NCBI GenBank assembly: GCA_028534125.1
Contig: CM052816.1
Coordinates: 25,174,001-25,238,000, forward strand
Direction of reading: 5' to 3'
From: Lama glama
Taxonomy: Eukaryota
Length of the DNA: 64,000 nucleotides
In this document: positions 37,283 to 49,020 of the stretch, piece after piece
Position numbering within the stretch: the first letter of the stretch is position 1
Layout of the letters: each line of letters starts with the position of its first letter
The notes under the pieces: generated by a model
Databases searched by the model: none
Seen by the model: the letters and a program-made list of their open reading frames with translations, nothing else
Told to the model about the DNA's origin: nothing
Position numbers and translations under genes: made by a program

Positions 37283-37399
37283 AGATTAAGGGAAATAGAC
37301 CACATAATGAGAAAGTAGGTGTTTGCGTGTATCTGTGTCTGAGGAGAGAAGTGAGTATATGGTTGTAAGACTATATATGTGTATGTGTGTGCATGTGTA

Positions 37400-38760
37400 T
37401 AGGAAGCTAACCTCATAATGACATCAATGTTACCTAAGTTAGTTTATGAATTTAACATGATCTTATAAAAAAAATCAATAGATTTGTTTTCCTCTGGTGC
37501 TAAATAAGCAAGTTGATTTTAATGTCTGTACAGAAAAGTAAGCAATCAGGAATATCCAGTGAAACTCTGATAAAAGAGAGCAATACACATGTTAGGGGAG
37601 AGGAGGGCTGACACTTCCCCCATTGTAAACATATTATAAAGTCATTATAATTGAAACAGGTTGATATTGGCTCATTACTAGACAAACAGAAAAAAGACTT
37701 AACTGTTTATAAAAATTTTGTATATGATAAAAGTTTGCATTTTTAGTGAGCAAGAAAAAGATACTTTTAAATGAGAGATTTGAGGACACTGCATAGCCAC
37801 CTGGAAAGAGATAAAAATGGCTGTGTACCTCATGTCTTGCATCATATGAAGTTAGGAAGGGATAAAGAACTATTAAAAATGAAATCACAAAAACTAGAAG
37901 AATATATGAATGAAAATATGTATAGTCTGAAAGTGTGGAAAACTTTTTTCTCTAGAACACAAAATCTAGAGGCAAAAGAAAGGCAGATTAAAACATTTGA
38001 CTCCATAAATAGTATTTTTAAAAGTAGTTTTTTGTGTGGCAAATAAGTAAAAAGTAAAATAAGTAAAAAGTAAAAGCATATGAAATATTTGTAATATACA
38101 TCAGAGACAAAGGGCTAATATCTCAGTACATGAAGCATTCCTATAAATTTTTTAAAGGAAAGCTAAGAAACCAGTAGAAAAATGGACAAATGTCATGAAC
38201 AGGCAGTTCATAGGAAAATAGATAAAGATAGCTTTAAACATATGAAAATATTGTCAACCTAACTCATAATAAGAAAAGAATAAATTGAAACTTTATCTTA
38301 ATGCCATTTCTTACCTATTGAATTAGCCCATAATCTGAGAATCTGACAATATACTCTGTGGATAAGATGGTAGAATGACACACGTTCTCATGAATTTCTA
38401 GTCAGAAGGCAAAATGTTGCAGGTCCTCTGGGAATTTAACAGTATCTAGCAAAATTGCTTACTTCTTTATTCTTCAATCCAGGAATCCTGCTTATATGAC
38501 TACATCTTAAAAATACACTAGCAAAATTTCCAAGGAACTTATATACATGGTTATTATTTGCAATATTATTTGCCATAGCAAAAGATTGGGACTAACCCCT
38601 GTGTCTTTCAAGAGAATACTGTCTGAATGAACCCGGGTATATCCTTACAATGGTATACTATGTAACTGTAAAAACAGTAAGGAAATTTAATTGCTCTCCA
38701 GAGCAGATTGTTAAGTGACAAGAGCAAGAGGCAGAAAAGAGGAAGAATACAAATATACAT
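37400..38760 (+). mobile_element. Old L1ME ORF2 C-terminal and 3' fragment
   Basis: CATATTATAAAG..TAATTGAAACAG, CAGAGACAAAGGGCTAATATC, AGTAGAAAAATGGACAAA, TAAACATATGAAAA. Confidence 0.8.
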
Positions 38761-38789
38761 ATGTGTGTTTGTACCTATTGTCCTGTCAT

Positions 38790-39500
38790 CACAATTAATA
38801 TGATAACCAGACATTATTGTCTTCCTGACATGATATACTATGAAGGACGTAGAGCCACCTATGAAATATTCTTATCCAGTGTGAACCTGTGTTCAACAAA
38901 GCCTTTAGTGCTAATATTCAGTGCATATGAAATAGCAGGAATAGAGAACTATGAAACTATTGACTGGGTGTCTTGAATAAATAATATAAACACAATTAAT
39001 AAGAGAGAAAGCACTGCTATAGACTGCCCCAGGGAGGGTCTCTGACCCTATGACATACCCCTCCTCTTCTGTGTCTCCCACTAGGAATGCAGGTCCCAAC
39101 CAGATCACTTCTCCTACCATCCTACCAGACTCCATGTAGATCTTTCTTTGTTGTAAAAGAGCTGTCGCTCTGGATGTAGTTGCAGTTAGTGAGGGCAGGT
39201 GAGCCCAGTGTCCTACTCTGCTGTTTTGACCTCTCTTGAACAAATAATGAAATTTTAATGTGGAACTTTTCTTAACTGTCTTACTATAAAGTAAGCTATA
39301 GTTATATAAGAAAATACCTCTAAGTTTAGAGATGCATGCTAAAGAATGAAGGTGTGAAATGACTTGATGACTGAGATGTGCATTAAAATACCTCACCTCA
39401 AAATAGGAAGGACTAATAAAACCAGTGGAACAAAAAGAAACGAATAACAACAACAAAAAACCCTCCACAGTATTCAATGTTTAGAATGCAAATGTGGAAA
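38790..39500 (+). mobile_element. L1MC4/5-like 3' UTR, interrupted
   Basis: CTTCCTGACATGAT..TGAAGGAC..CACCTATG on the left; AGAGATGCATGCT..GTGAAATG on the right. Confidence 0.6.
39024..39233 (-). mobile_element. Isolated extreme 5' end of a younger L1 5' UTR
   Basis: TGCAGGTCCCAACC, TCCATGTAGATCTTTCTT and GGTGAGCCCAGTGTCCTACTCTGCTGTTTTGA match the antisense L1 start motif (CCTACTCCGCCATCTTGA). Confidence 0.75.
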
Positions 39501-39693
39501 GATAGAACCGTGCAATGTTTTCCTAATCCTTGATTAAACAGATTTCATAAAAAAAGATTTTAAAATGCATTCTGCTGAGACAATTTTTCCACTCACTGGA
39601 AGCTTTCAGGGGATACAGAGGTAGAGAATTGTAACTGGAGATGATTTTCCTGCTTTATTGGGATCTACTAAACAGAAGTGTTCAAATTGCCTG

Positions 39694-40313
39694 TGCATTG
39701 ATCAGAGTTTTCCAGAGAAACAGATGCAATAGGAGATTATAGAATATATATATGATTGTGTGTGTGTGTGTGTGTGTCTATGTTAGCTTCACATATATAA
39801 GAAGATTTATTATAAGGAATTGGCTCACACAATTATTAAGGCTGTGAAGTCCCACAATCTGCCCTTCACAAGCTAAAGAAGCAGAAAAGCTAATAAATCA
39901 GGAAAGCTGGTGATATAATTCAGTCCTAGTCCAGAGGCCTGAGAACCGGGGGAGCCAATGATCTAGGTCCCAGCCCAAGTCCAAAAGCCTAATCATTGAG
40001 GGAGACCAGTGATATAACTGCCAATCTGAAAGCCCAAGAACCAGCAAGTTTGATGTCCACAGGCAGGAGAAAATGGATGTCCCAGCTCAAGCAGAGAACA
40101 AACTTGCCTTTCCTCAGCCTTTGCTTATTGGGGCCCTTAATGAATTGGATGATGTGCACCTACACTGGTGAGGGAGATCTTCTTTATTCAGTCTACTGAT
40201 TCAAATGCTAATCTCTTCTGGGATCACCCTTACAAGAACACTTAAAATAATATGTTATCAGTTATCTGGGCATCCCTTAGCCCAGTCAAGCTGACATAAA
40301 ATTAACCAGCTCA
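39694..40313 (-). mobile_element. MLT2B-like solo LTR (ERVL) with perfect 5-bp TSD GCCTG
   Basis: TCCAGAGAAACAGA, internal (TG)n, GATTTATTATAAGGAATTGGCTCAC, GATTCAAATGCTAATCTC, ATAAAATTAACCA; GCCTG at 39689-39693 and 40314-40318. Confidence 0.92.
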
Positions 40314-41349
40314 GCCTGTATGAACTACACTCACAATGGCTGCAAACAATGTTGGCATCTGGAGGCACCGAAATAAAGTTCTATTTCCCACTCTGCTTAT
40401 TACTTCTCTGACTAAGATGTTTTCATTTGAAAGAAGTGTTTCATGTGAAAAGAAACTGTAAGAGGTAAAATTGGGGGAGAGAGAAGAAAGGAAATCCGTC
40501 AAATAATAAACACCAAAAGACTAATTAACTTAAACTCAAGTTAATAACTCCATTGAATCTTGGCCTTCATTACTGCATTCCTTTCCCTCTGAAAAATGAA
40601 ATAATGAGCTCTATGTGTGGAATATTAACCAAAGAGAAGAAAAGAGACCAGGTCAATTTTAGTAATTGCTATAAATTGGCATATCCATTTTTTGTTGCAT
40701 AAAATGTGCCAATCACATAAATAACTTTGTTTTCTGGATAACTTTGTTTACTTAGCTTTAATATAGGCATATCCATAATAATATCAAGGTGATTATACAT
40801 GCATTCACCGCAATCTGGCTATGTATTCCTACAACCATCCTGGAAAAATGAAGACATTAATAGACTATGAGCTTTGGCCTTCTGGGAATAGGAGTAGTGC
40901 AGAGTGAGAAAAGGAGACTAATAGGTATGGAGTGCATGCTATAAATGTTAGAGACAAATTTGAGTGTCCTGGGAGGAAGTATTTACTTTTTATACCTTTT
41001 TCAGTAGCTCAGCAAGGGGCTGGCTTAGCCTTTTGGGTTAGAGGATGGTTAACAACCATTGAACTATGAACACGTGCCCTTCTAAAAAAGGTACTTTCTC
41101 AGACAAGAAACTCCATTGTTGGGCAGTTATATAGGTATCCCCTGCACTGTATTTCCCTCTCATCCCTCTACATATACATCATGTACAGAGCAGTGTGTCT
41201 CTCTTGAGCCTTTTACATGATGAGGCCAGTCCATTTATGCTCACTGAAACAATACTTTATTTAGGATGAGAGCTCAGGAAAAAAATGTGTGCTTTGCTGT
41301 CTCTGTCTGCATTTTTCCTAACAGATATAATTATACCCTACACCACATA

Positions 41350-41465
41350 GCACTTACAGAATGTGTGCCTATGCCCTAATTGTCTCACAAAAATGTTAGA
41401 CACTTTTACCTATATTATCTGCTCTAAGGTGGATTTTGATATACCTATTTTATAAACAAGGAAAC
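41350..41465 (-). mobile_element. MIR fragment
   Basis: CCTATTTTATAAACAAGGAAAC, a core-like motif. Confidence 0.45.
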
Positions 41466-41892
41466 ATACATTAAATCCAACAATCATTCAGGCAAAGAAA
41501 AAAACTACCAATAAACTAGAAATAGAAGGGAATTTTCTAAACCTGATTAAAATAATCTACAAAGACTTAGAGCTAACATTATACTTGATAGTAAAAGACT
41601 GAAAGCTTTTCTCTTAAAAATGGAAATGAAGCAAGGATGTTTGTTCTCACCATTTCTTAGATAACATTTTACAAGAAATCTTAGCCACTGTTATAACACA
41701 AGAAAAAGAAATAGAAATCATACAGACTGGAAAGCAAGACGTAAAACTGTCTTTATTTGAGATGACTTGACTGTCTATGTAGGAGACACTAAGGAATCTA
41801 TAAAAAAGCTACTGGAACTGAAAAATGAGTTTAGCATTATCTCAGAGTATAAATTCAATATTCAAAAGCCAATTATATCTTCATCTCACTAC

Positions 41893-42447
41893 TATGGTAA
41901 GCAGAATATTGACCCCCGCCAAAGATGTCCAAACCGTAATCTTTGAACTTCTGACTATGTTACCTTATATGACAAAAGAGATTTGGAAATGTGATGGAAG
42001 AATCTCCTGAATTATCCAGGGGCCCACTCTAATCCCCCTCTAGTCTAAGTTAGGTGAATATCTAAACCCACTCTACGGCTTTAAATGTGGAAGGTCTTGT
42101 TTTCAGAGAGATGTGAGAAAGGAGAAAGGTCAAAGAGATGCAACATTGCTAGCTTTGAGGATGAAGGAAGGGGGAGCAAGGAAGGAATGTAAGCAGCCTC
42201 TAAAAGCTGTAAAAGACAGGAAAAATGGATTCTTCCCTAAAGCCTCCAGAAAGGAATGTAGCCCTAATGACACCTTGATTTTAGTCCTATGAGACATGTG
42301 TTAGACTTCTGACCTGTGAAAATATAAATCAGAATAAGACTAGAAATAGAAGAATAAGAAATAGAAAAAGAACAAAATACAGTAAATGTTATTTTAAGTC
42401 ACCAATGTTGTGGTAGTATGTTCATCAGCAATAGAAAACTAGTATCA
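41893..42447 (+). mobile_element. MLT1D-like solo LTR
   Basis: TATGGTAAGCAGAATA..CCAAAGATGTCC, TTGCTAGCTTTGAGGATG, AGCCTCCAGAAAGGAA, CAGCAATAGAAAACTA. Confidence 0.88.
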
Positions 42448-43104
42448 AAAAAATAGCAATGGAAATAAAACTAAGGGACAGTATAATTTATACTAGCATC
42501 AAAATATTAAATACCAAGGGATAAACTTAACATCTATCTAAAACCTGTAAGTGGAAAGCTACAAAATATTGCTGAGAGAAATTAGAGAAGACTTAAATGA
42601 ATGGAGATACCATGTATGTTATGAATTATTTAAAAGCAATAGCACTTCCAGTGGCTATAACCAAAAAAGTGAAATATTTGGGAATAAGGTTAATACAAAT
42701 ATATAAGACTTTTACTTTAAAAGCTAAAGCGTGTCTTAGAAAGATTAAAGAAGATATAAGAAATGAAAAATATATATTGTTCTTGAATTAGAAGACTCAA
42801 CGTTGTTAAATTATCTAATCTCCCACAGTGATCTATAGATTTAATGCAATCCCTATCTGAATGCAAGCAGGTTTTTGTTTTTTATAGATATACAAAGATT
42901 CTAGAATAGCCACAATTATTTTGAAAAGAACAGAATTGGGTAACTCACACTACTTGATTTCAAGACTTAATACAAAGCAGCAGTAACAAGATTGTGTGGC
43001 ATCAGTATAAGCTTACACATATAGATCCATGAAAAGAAGTAAAGGGCTTTTATTGAGAATGTATAAAGAACTTATACACCTCAATTATAAGAAGAAAAAC
43101 AACA

Positions 43105-43563
43105 TTTTATGGGTTGGGTTGTGTCTACTCAAAAGATATATTGAAAGTCCTAACTCCCAGTACCTCAAAATGTGACATTATATGGAAATAGGGTTGTTGC
43201 AGATGTAATAGTTGAGATCAGGTCATACCAGAGTAGGGTGGGCCTTTAATCCAATATGCCAGATATCCTTATAAAAAGAGGAGAAGAGACACAGATACTG
43301 AGGGGACAGTGCCATGTGATGACAGAGGTGGGGTTGAAGTGCTGCTACTACAAACAAAGAAATGACAAGGATTACCAGCAAGCCGCCAGGAGCTATATAG
43401 AGATAAGGAAGGTGTCCACCCTACAGATTTCAGAGGGAATGTGGCCTTGCCAACACCTTGATGTTGGAGTTCTGCCCTTCAAACTGTAAGACATTAGATA
43501 TCTGTTATTTCTAGCCACCCAGTTAGTGGCACTTTGTTATGGCAGTCCTCAGATACTAATACA
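43105..43563 (+). mobile_element. MLT1C-like solo LTR
   Basis: TTATGGGTTG..TTGTGTC, CCCAGTACCTCAAAATGTGAC, AGTAGGGTGGGCC, CTTTGTTATGGCAG..CTAATACA; near-TSD CAACA/CAACC. Confidence 0.9.
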
Positions 43564-43596
43564 CAACCCAACAACAACAACAGCAACAACAACAAA
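43564..43596. repeat. (CAA)n microsatellite
   Basis: Seen directly. Confidence 0.85.
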
Positions 43597-46500
43597 ATGG
43601 CCACATCCAAAGAAATACACATATGGCAAATAAGCATGTGAAAAGATGATAAAAATCATTAGTCACTGGGGAAATGAGAAGTAAACTACCATGAGAAACC
43701 ACCATACACTCCTTAGAAAAATGAAAATTTAAGTATTATCAAAGATGTGGCACTAATCAAATTCCACACAGTGCTGGTGAAAATGCCATAATTTGTGGTC
43801 ACTCTGCAACGGCACAGCGTCTTGTAAGAGCAAATAGACGTAAACGATGCAGCTCAGCAACGCTGCTCTCTTGTATTCACCAGAAGGAAGAATTCAACAC
43901 ACACACACAGTCTTCCCAGATGCATTTTTATTTGTAATAACCCAAAATTAAAAAAAAAAAACTGCAGCACCTGAAAACAAACTGTCCCTCAACTGCAGTG
44001 TGGATGTATGGAGGTGTGGCACATATATACTACAAAACAATATCAAGCAATAAAAAGGAAAGGACTATTCACACAACAGCATGTGTGATAATCATGTGCA
44101 TTATGCTAAGTGAGAGACCCAGACAGAAATCCATCATGCTGTATGATTTCTATTACATGAGTTTCTATTAAAGGCAAAACTATAGCTGCAGAAAACAGGT
44201 CAGTGGTGGCCAGTGGACAGAACTGACAGTGAAGGGACATGAGAGTGTTTTCAGGGTTAAAAAAAAAAGTAATCAGTATCATTACTGTGGTGGTGGTTAC
44301 ACCATTTTGTATGTTTACCAAAGCACATAAAATTGAACAAAGTGGCAAATTTTGTTTTACATAAATTACATCTTGATAAGAATTATAAAATAGCAGTCTT
44401 ATTTTTATGTAATTATTATGTCTTCCTGTACCTACCAACCTAGCATTTCACGTTTATATGCAGAGAAGTGACTAAATAAAGATTACTCAGGGTTAATAGT
44501 CACTTTTGGTCATCATAGTTTGAGGATTTTTTTTTTTAGTTTTTTATATTTTGCTGCATTGTGTGAATTCACAATCATGTTTCCTAAAAAATAATCATTA
44601 TTCTGGCATAAATATAAGAAAAATGCTAACTATGTTTTTATATATTGTAGTAAAATGTGCTTTAAAAATTTTGTATTGAGTCCTCAAATGCCAAGAAATT
44701 GGACAAGAGATCACATGATACACAATAGTCAATCTATGTATTAATGACTTAGGAAGTATTTAGTTTCTAATCTTGCTGGTAAGCTCTGATATCTGTTATG
44801 TGAATTACTGTATTTCAGCATATATAGGTAGTATTATCTGATGTTATCAAAATAGAAATGCTTTTGAGCATTACTCACAGAAATAAATTTATCTCTCAGA
44901 CCATTATTTTGTTCTCAACTTTAATCCAAACGTGGATCATATCTTATCATCTTCATTAGTATTCTAGCAATGCATTATGTTTTTAAAGAAATGCTATACC
45001 CAAGTGCATTTGAGTATCTCTCTTAGAAAATGGAACATATCTCCTTATACATACAATATCAGTGAGTTTTCACACATTTTCAGGTTACTCAGTTTTGTAA
45101 ATGTTAGCCTATAAAATTGGAAATAATTGCATCTAGAACCTACCCTCTTAGATCCTGGGTATATCAGATACTAAGATTTCTTCAGAAGATCATTATATGC
45201 TTAGTAAGGTGTTTTCTGTATCTATCTGGCTATATATTGTCCATTTATATCTATATATCTATCTGTTATACCTATTTATCAGGATAGATTCACTGCATGT
45301 TAAAGAGATTGAAAATGTAATTACATAAAAATGAGATGTAAGTGTATGTAAGCTACAATGAAATTTGTGCTTTAGGACATATCACATATTTGTGCTTTGC
45401 ATGCAAGTATTCCCATGAGGTTAGATGTGACTAAAATAAAAATAGTGACTTGTGTGGTATATTTACATAAATACGTTGTATATATTTCCCTGGTCTGTTT
45501 TATACACAAGGATAAATTATCCAATTATTAATCTGATATTAAGTTTACCTCCTCTGTTTAATGTTTCAATTGTGGAGAATTCTAGGTTTGTTCTCAGGGT
45601 TCAGGGGCCTCAAATGTATCTTCATCCTTTTTTAGTATCTTGCCCCATTTTAGTGTCCCTATTTTTGATGAAGTGGTATATTCCGACTTTGGAAGAACAT
45701 CATCTGAAAGTGGAGGTGACATAATTTTAGGTCCCCAAGGTATTTATATTCTAAAGAAAAACAGGGTTTAATGCTAAACCCACAAATTAGTATCTTTGTG
45801 ACATTACAGACTCTTTGAAACCTATACGGAAGAGATTTTGTGTTAGTATGAGGGAGAGCTTTCAGTCAGCTGTCTAAATACACTACCAGCCCCTTGTCTT
45901 TGCTCTCTGCTGACCAGAAATCCTGACCCAAGTGAAAAGTCTGTTATTGTAAAATGTGAAAATAAAGCAAGTTTTTGCTTAATTGAAAGGAGAAAAATAA
46001 TCTCTCGCTATTCACTCATACACAGTAGAATGACAGATGTCATCTTCTAGTCCAAGATACTGTGTAAAATATATTCATGAATCTACGTGTACATACAAAC
46101 TATGAAGAATTTTTTTCCCCCAGTGGAAGCAAATGACACCAGCATAAAACATTCCACAAACCAAGCATGAAAGGATTTCACTGAATATGCAAAGAGACAA
46201 ATGATAAAACTGGAAAGTGAGATATGCAAGTTAAGCTAGTCTTTGGAGCTGGCTGCATATGTAAAGCTTTCAACAGAATAATATTACACTTTACTGACAA
46301 TGAAATGTCCATTACATAGAAGAATAATCATTATCATTAAGTGAATTTCCTGCTGAGTACATTTTTCACTGTGAGCAGGCTCATCTCTTGGGACATTTGC
46401 AAGTTAGTCTCTGTAAAATTGTTTAGATCAGAGAAAGTAAGAGCACTGGTTGTTTGATTTAGTTGTCAAATAGAAAATAACTTGAGAAATTTTAAAGCAA

Positions 46501-47189
46501 GCCACCAAGGTAGATTTTTTCTGCCCCTTCAGGACAAAATGATATACCTTTATTTTGTATTTTCATGGAAGTAATTTAAAGAAGAGCAGAGAAATTGAAA
46601 TTCTGCTTGAAATATACGAATCCTTTTACAGATGAATAGTCCTCATCATCTTTGTATTCACAGACATCTATATAGCAAGGCACCTGCCCAAAAAACCATG
46701 TTGGTCAAAGGGAAATTAGAAAAATCTGTTGCAAAATACACATTTATTCTAAGAGTTAAAATATGAATAAAAGCCAAATGTATGTTTTATTTAGTCTTGG
46801 AAAGTTTCATTTTTCCTAAATTATGGGTATTTGACAGTTTATTTCACATCTTTTTGTTTGTTTCTTTCTTTTCTTCATGAGACTTTCATAAATACTTCAC
46901 ATATAGACCTATCAAAATATTTTTATTTCATGCTCTAATTTTTAAACATTCCTTTGGCATTAGCAATGTTACGAGTTACAGGAGCAAAAAGTGATCAGAT
47001 TTTGCTTCTTTCCTACCTCTTCTTTCCCTTGAAAATATTCTAGTTGATAGAGTAAGGAATGCCCATGTTTAGTCAAAGAGAACATCCTTGAATATTACGG
47101 ATTTCATGACCTCATCACATTCAAAAAACTTCTGAATTATAATAAAAGTGAGTTAACATTTTACAAATGATTGTAATATACAAGGCAGT

Positions 47190-47530
47190 ATTTGATTCTT
47201 TCAGTTGATTTATTTTATTTAATCCTCACAACCACTCTGCAAGTTACTCTTGTCTCTATTTTTTTTTTTTAAAGCAGAAACTGAACCCCAGAAGAATTCG
47301 GGTGATGTAAGCAAGCCAAATAGGTTTCCTAGAGTAGTTTTCTGGCCTCTAACCAGAAAGGGCCCTAAATCAGATTTTCTATATTTAAATCAAAAGCTTT
47401 GTTTTGTTACATAACTTTCTTCTGTTTTAAGGCAAATATTAGTAATAATAGCTAATAATGATTGTTCTTATCAGTGGCAGGTGATGAGCCAAGTGTTTCA
47501 TACTCACTAACTCATTTGACTTCACATCTG
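47190..47530 (-). mobile_element. Two MIR fragments
   Basis: ATTTAATCCTCACAACC..GAAACTGA (about 47215-47285) and TAATAATAGCTAA..TAACTCATTTGA (about 47443-47520). Confidence 0.65.
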
Positions 47531-48624
47531 TGTTTGCTGTGCAGAGCTCCAAAGCCCACACATATGTCCAAATAGTATGCCATAGTTTCTTTCCAGGTGA
47601 AGCATGTTTTCTCAGATTCAGGATGAAATCTATAAGACCAACCATTCTATTGTGTGTATGTGGAGGAAGACTGGAGTATAATACACTCTGTAATTAACAC
47701 ATATCCTGACCAACTTGGTTAAAAGATGATCACAATGACCAGCTCAGGAAACAATTTTATTATTTCAAACAACAATTGAATTAGATCTACTCAGCAATTA
47801 CCTAATCAATTTCTCAGCAGTAAACTACATAACAGCTAAAATCTATTGGCCATTTAGTTAGAGCTTTATTAATAGATATTATTTTAATAACATATCACTA
47901 TCTCATTTTCCAGGATGTAAACTGTGCCTTTTTTGTATCTAAAATATGTGTGCTAATATCCAAGAAATGAATCTGTGATTTAATAACTTTCATGTCCTAT
48001 TTGCAAAAATAAGATCAGTGTGTTTTGTAATTATTTATTGTAATCAACTCTCAATTTTAGTACCCTGAGTTGAGTTAGTTATTAAAATTTACATTTGATT
48101 AACTATTACTCTGTCTTCACTCACAGAAATAGCCATGTTTCCATTTTCCTACCAAGTTTTATTATCTTTGCATTTCCATTATATCTTTGTCTCGGAGTTT
48201 CATGAATATCACTAAATTTTATATTCAGGCAGTGCAAGAATTCAGCACATTAAAAAAAATCTATTCCTAAAATTAAAACAAAATAGACTATAACTGCTCA
48301 CTGTGGTTTAAGATCTTGAATCCCCACGGATCAGTAGCTGCAATAGTAGTTCTAAACTGCATCCCTTTCGTTACACATGCAGAGTTTTAACAGAGAAATG
48401 TTCATAGGACATTTAATCTCTGCTGTATCAGAAACATTTCACACGCTCAAAAAGAACCAGATCAGAAAGACAGCTATTCGTAGATCACTGAGATGAAAAG
48501 ATTCTCAAGAGGTTATCTACCTATAGCCTTACAGTTTAAACCTGAATAGAAAAATAATTGTATTCTAACTTTTCTTCAGCTTGCTCTTTATAATCACCAA
48601 GAACAGCATTATTTGGTAGCACAT

Positions 48625-49020
48625 AGTGTAACAATCTCCTTTAAGTTCAGAATGCTCTTCACAGTTCTTATGAATCTCTGTATTTAAATTCAGAATCCAA
48701 ATTGATCTCAATAGAGACCTAAAATGTCATCTTCTACCAAATCCTCACTGTCTAACCAATGCTCCTGAGGCAATTACCCTCTCTCCACAATCTGAGTGCT
48801 ATAAAACTCCTTTTTCACACTTCTTTCGTGTCTGTTACTCTAAACGAGCCCCAGTGGACACTATACTTACTCTCATAGAGGCCGTAAGCGTAGAAGACCT
48901 TCTGTCTTAGCTTCGTCTGCAAAATCAAGCCCAGTTCTGTCACTCCTTCATACAAACTCCCTTCATATGCCAGCCAAAATGAGGTATACTCTTTCTGCGT
49001 CTCTCCCTGGCACAGTGCAT
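48625..49020 (+). mobile_element. L2 fragments, highly decayed
   Basis: AAATGTCATCTTCT and TCAAGCCCAGTTCTGTCACTCCTTCAT resemble the L2 motif TCAAGGCCCAGCTCAAATGTCACCTCCTCC. Confidence 0.45.

Larger units (their letters stand above)
41468..44390 (+). mobile_element. Old L1 (L1ME1/L1MD-type) ORF2 RT to 3' UTR, with two nested MaLR LTRs
   Basis: AAACTAGAAATAGAAGGGAA, GCAAGGATGT, CTGTCTTTATTTG.GATGAC, ATCTATAGATTTAATGCAATCCC; 3' end AAAGGCAAAACTATAG...ATAAATTACATCTTGATAA. Confidence 0.88.

Noticed and set aside
38911..39477. Longest ORF (188 aa, minus strand)
   Set aside because: It runs across antisense L1MC sequence and an L1 5'-UTR fragment and has no recognisable domain, so it is a chance open frame.
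39757..39777. (TG)n tract as an independent Z-DNA element
   Set aside because: MLT2 LTRs normally carry a dinucleotide microsatellite at this position.
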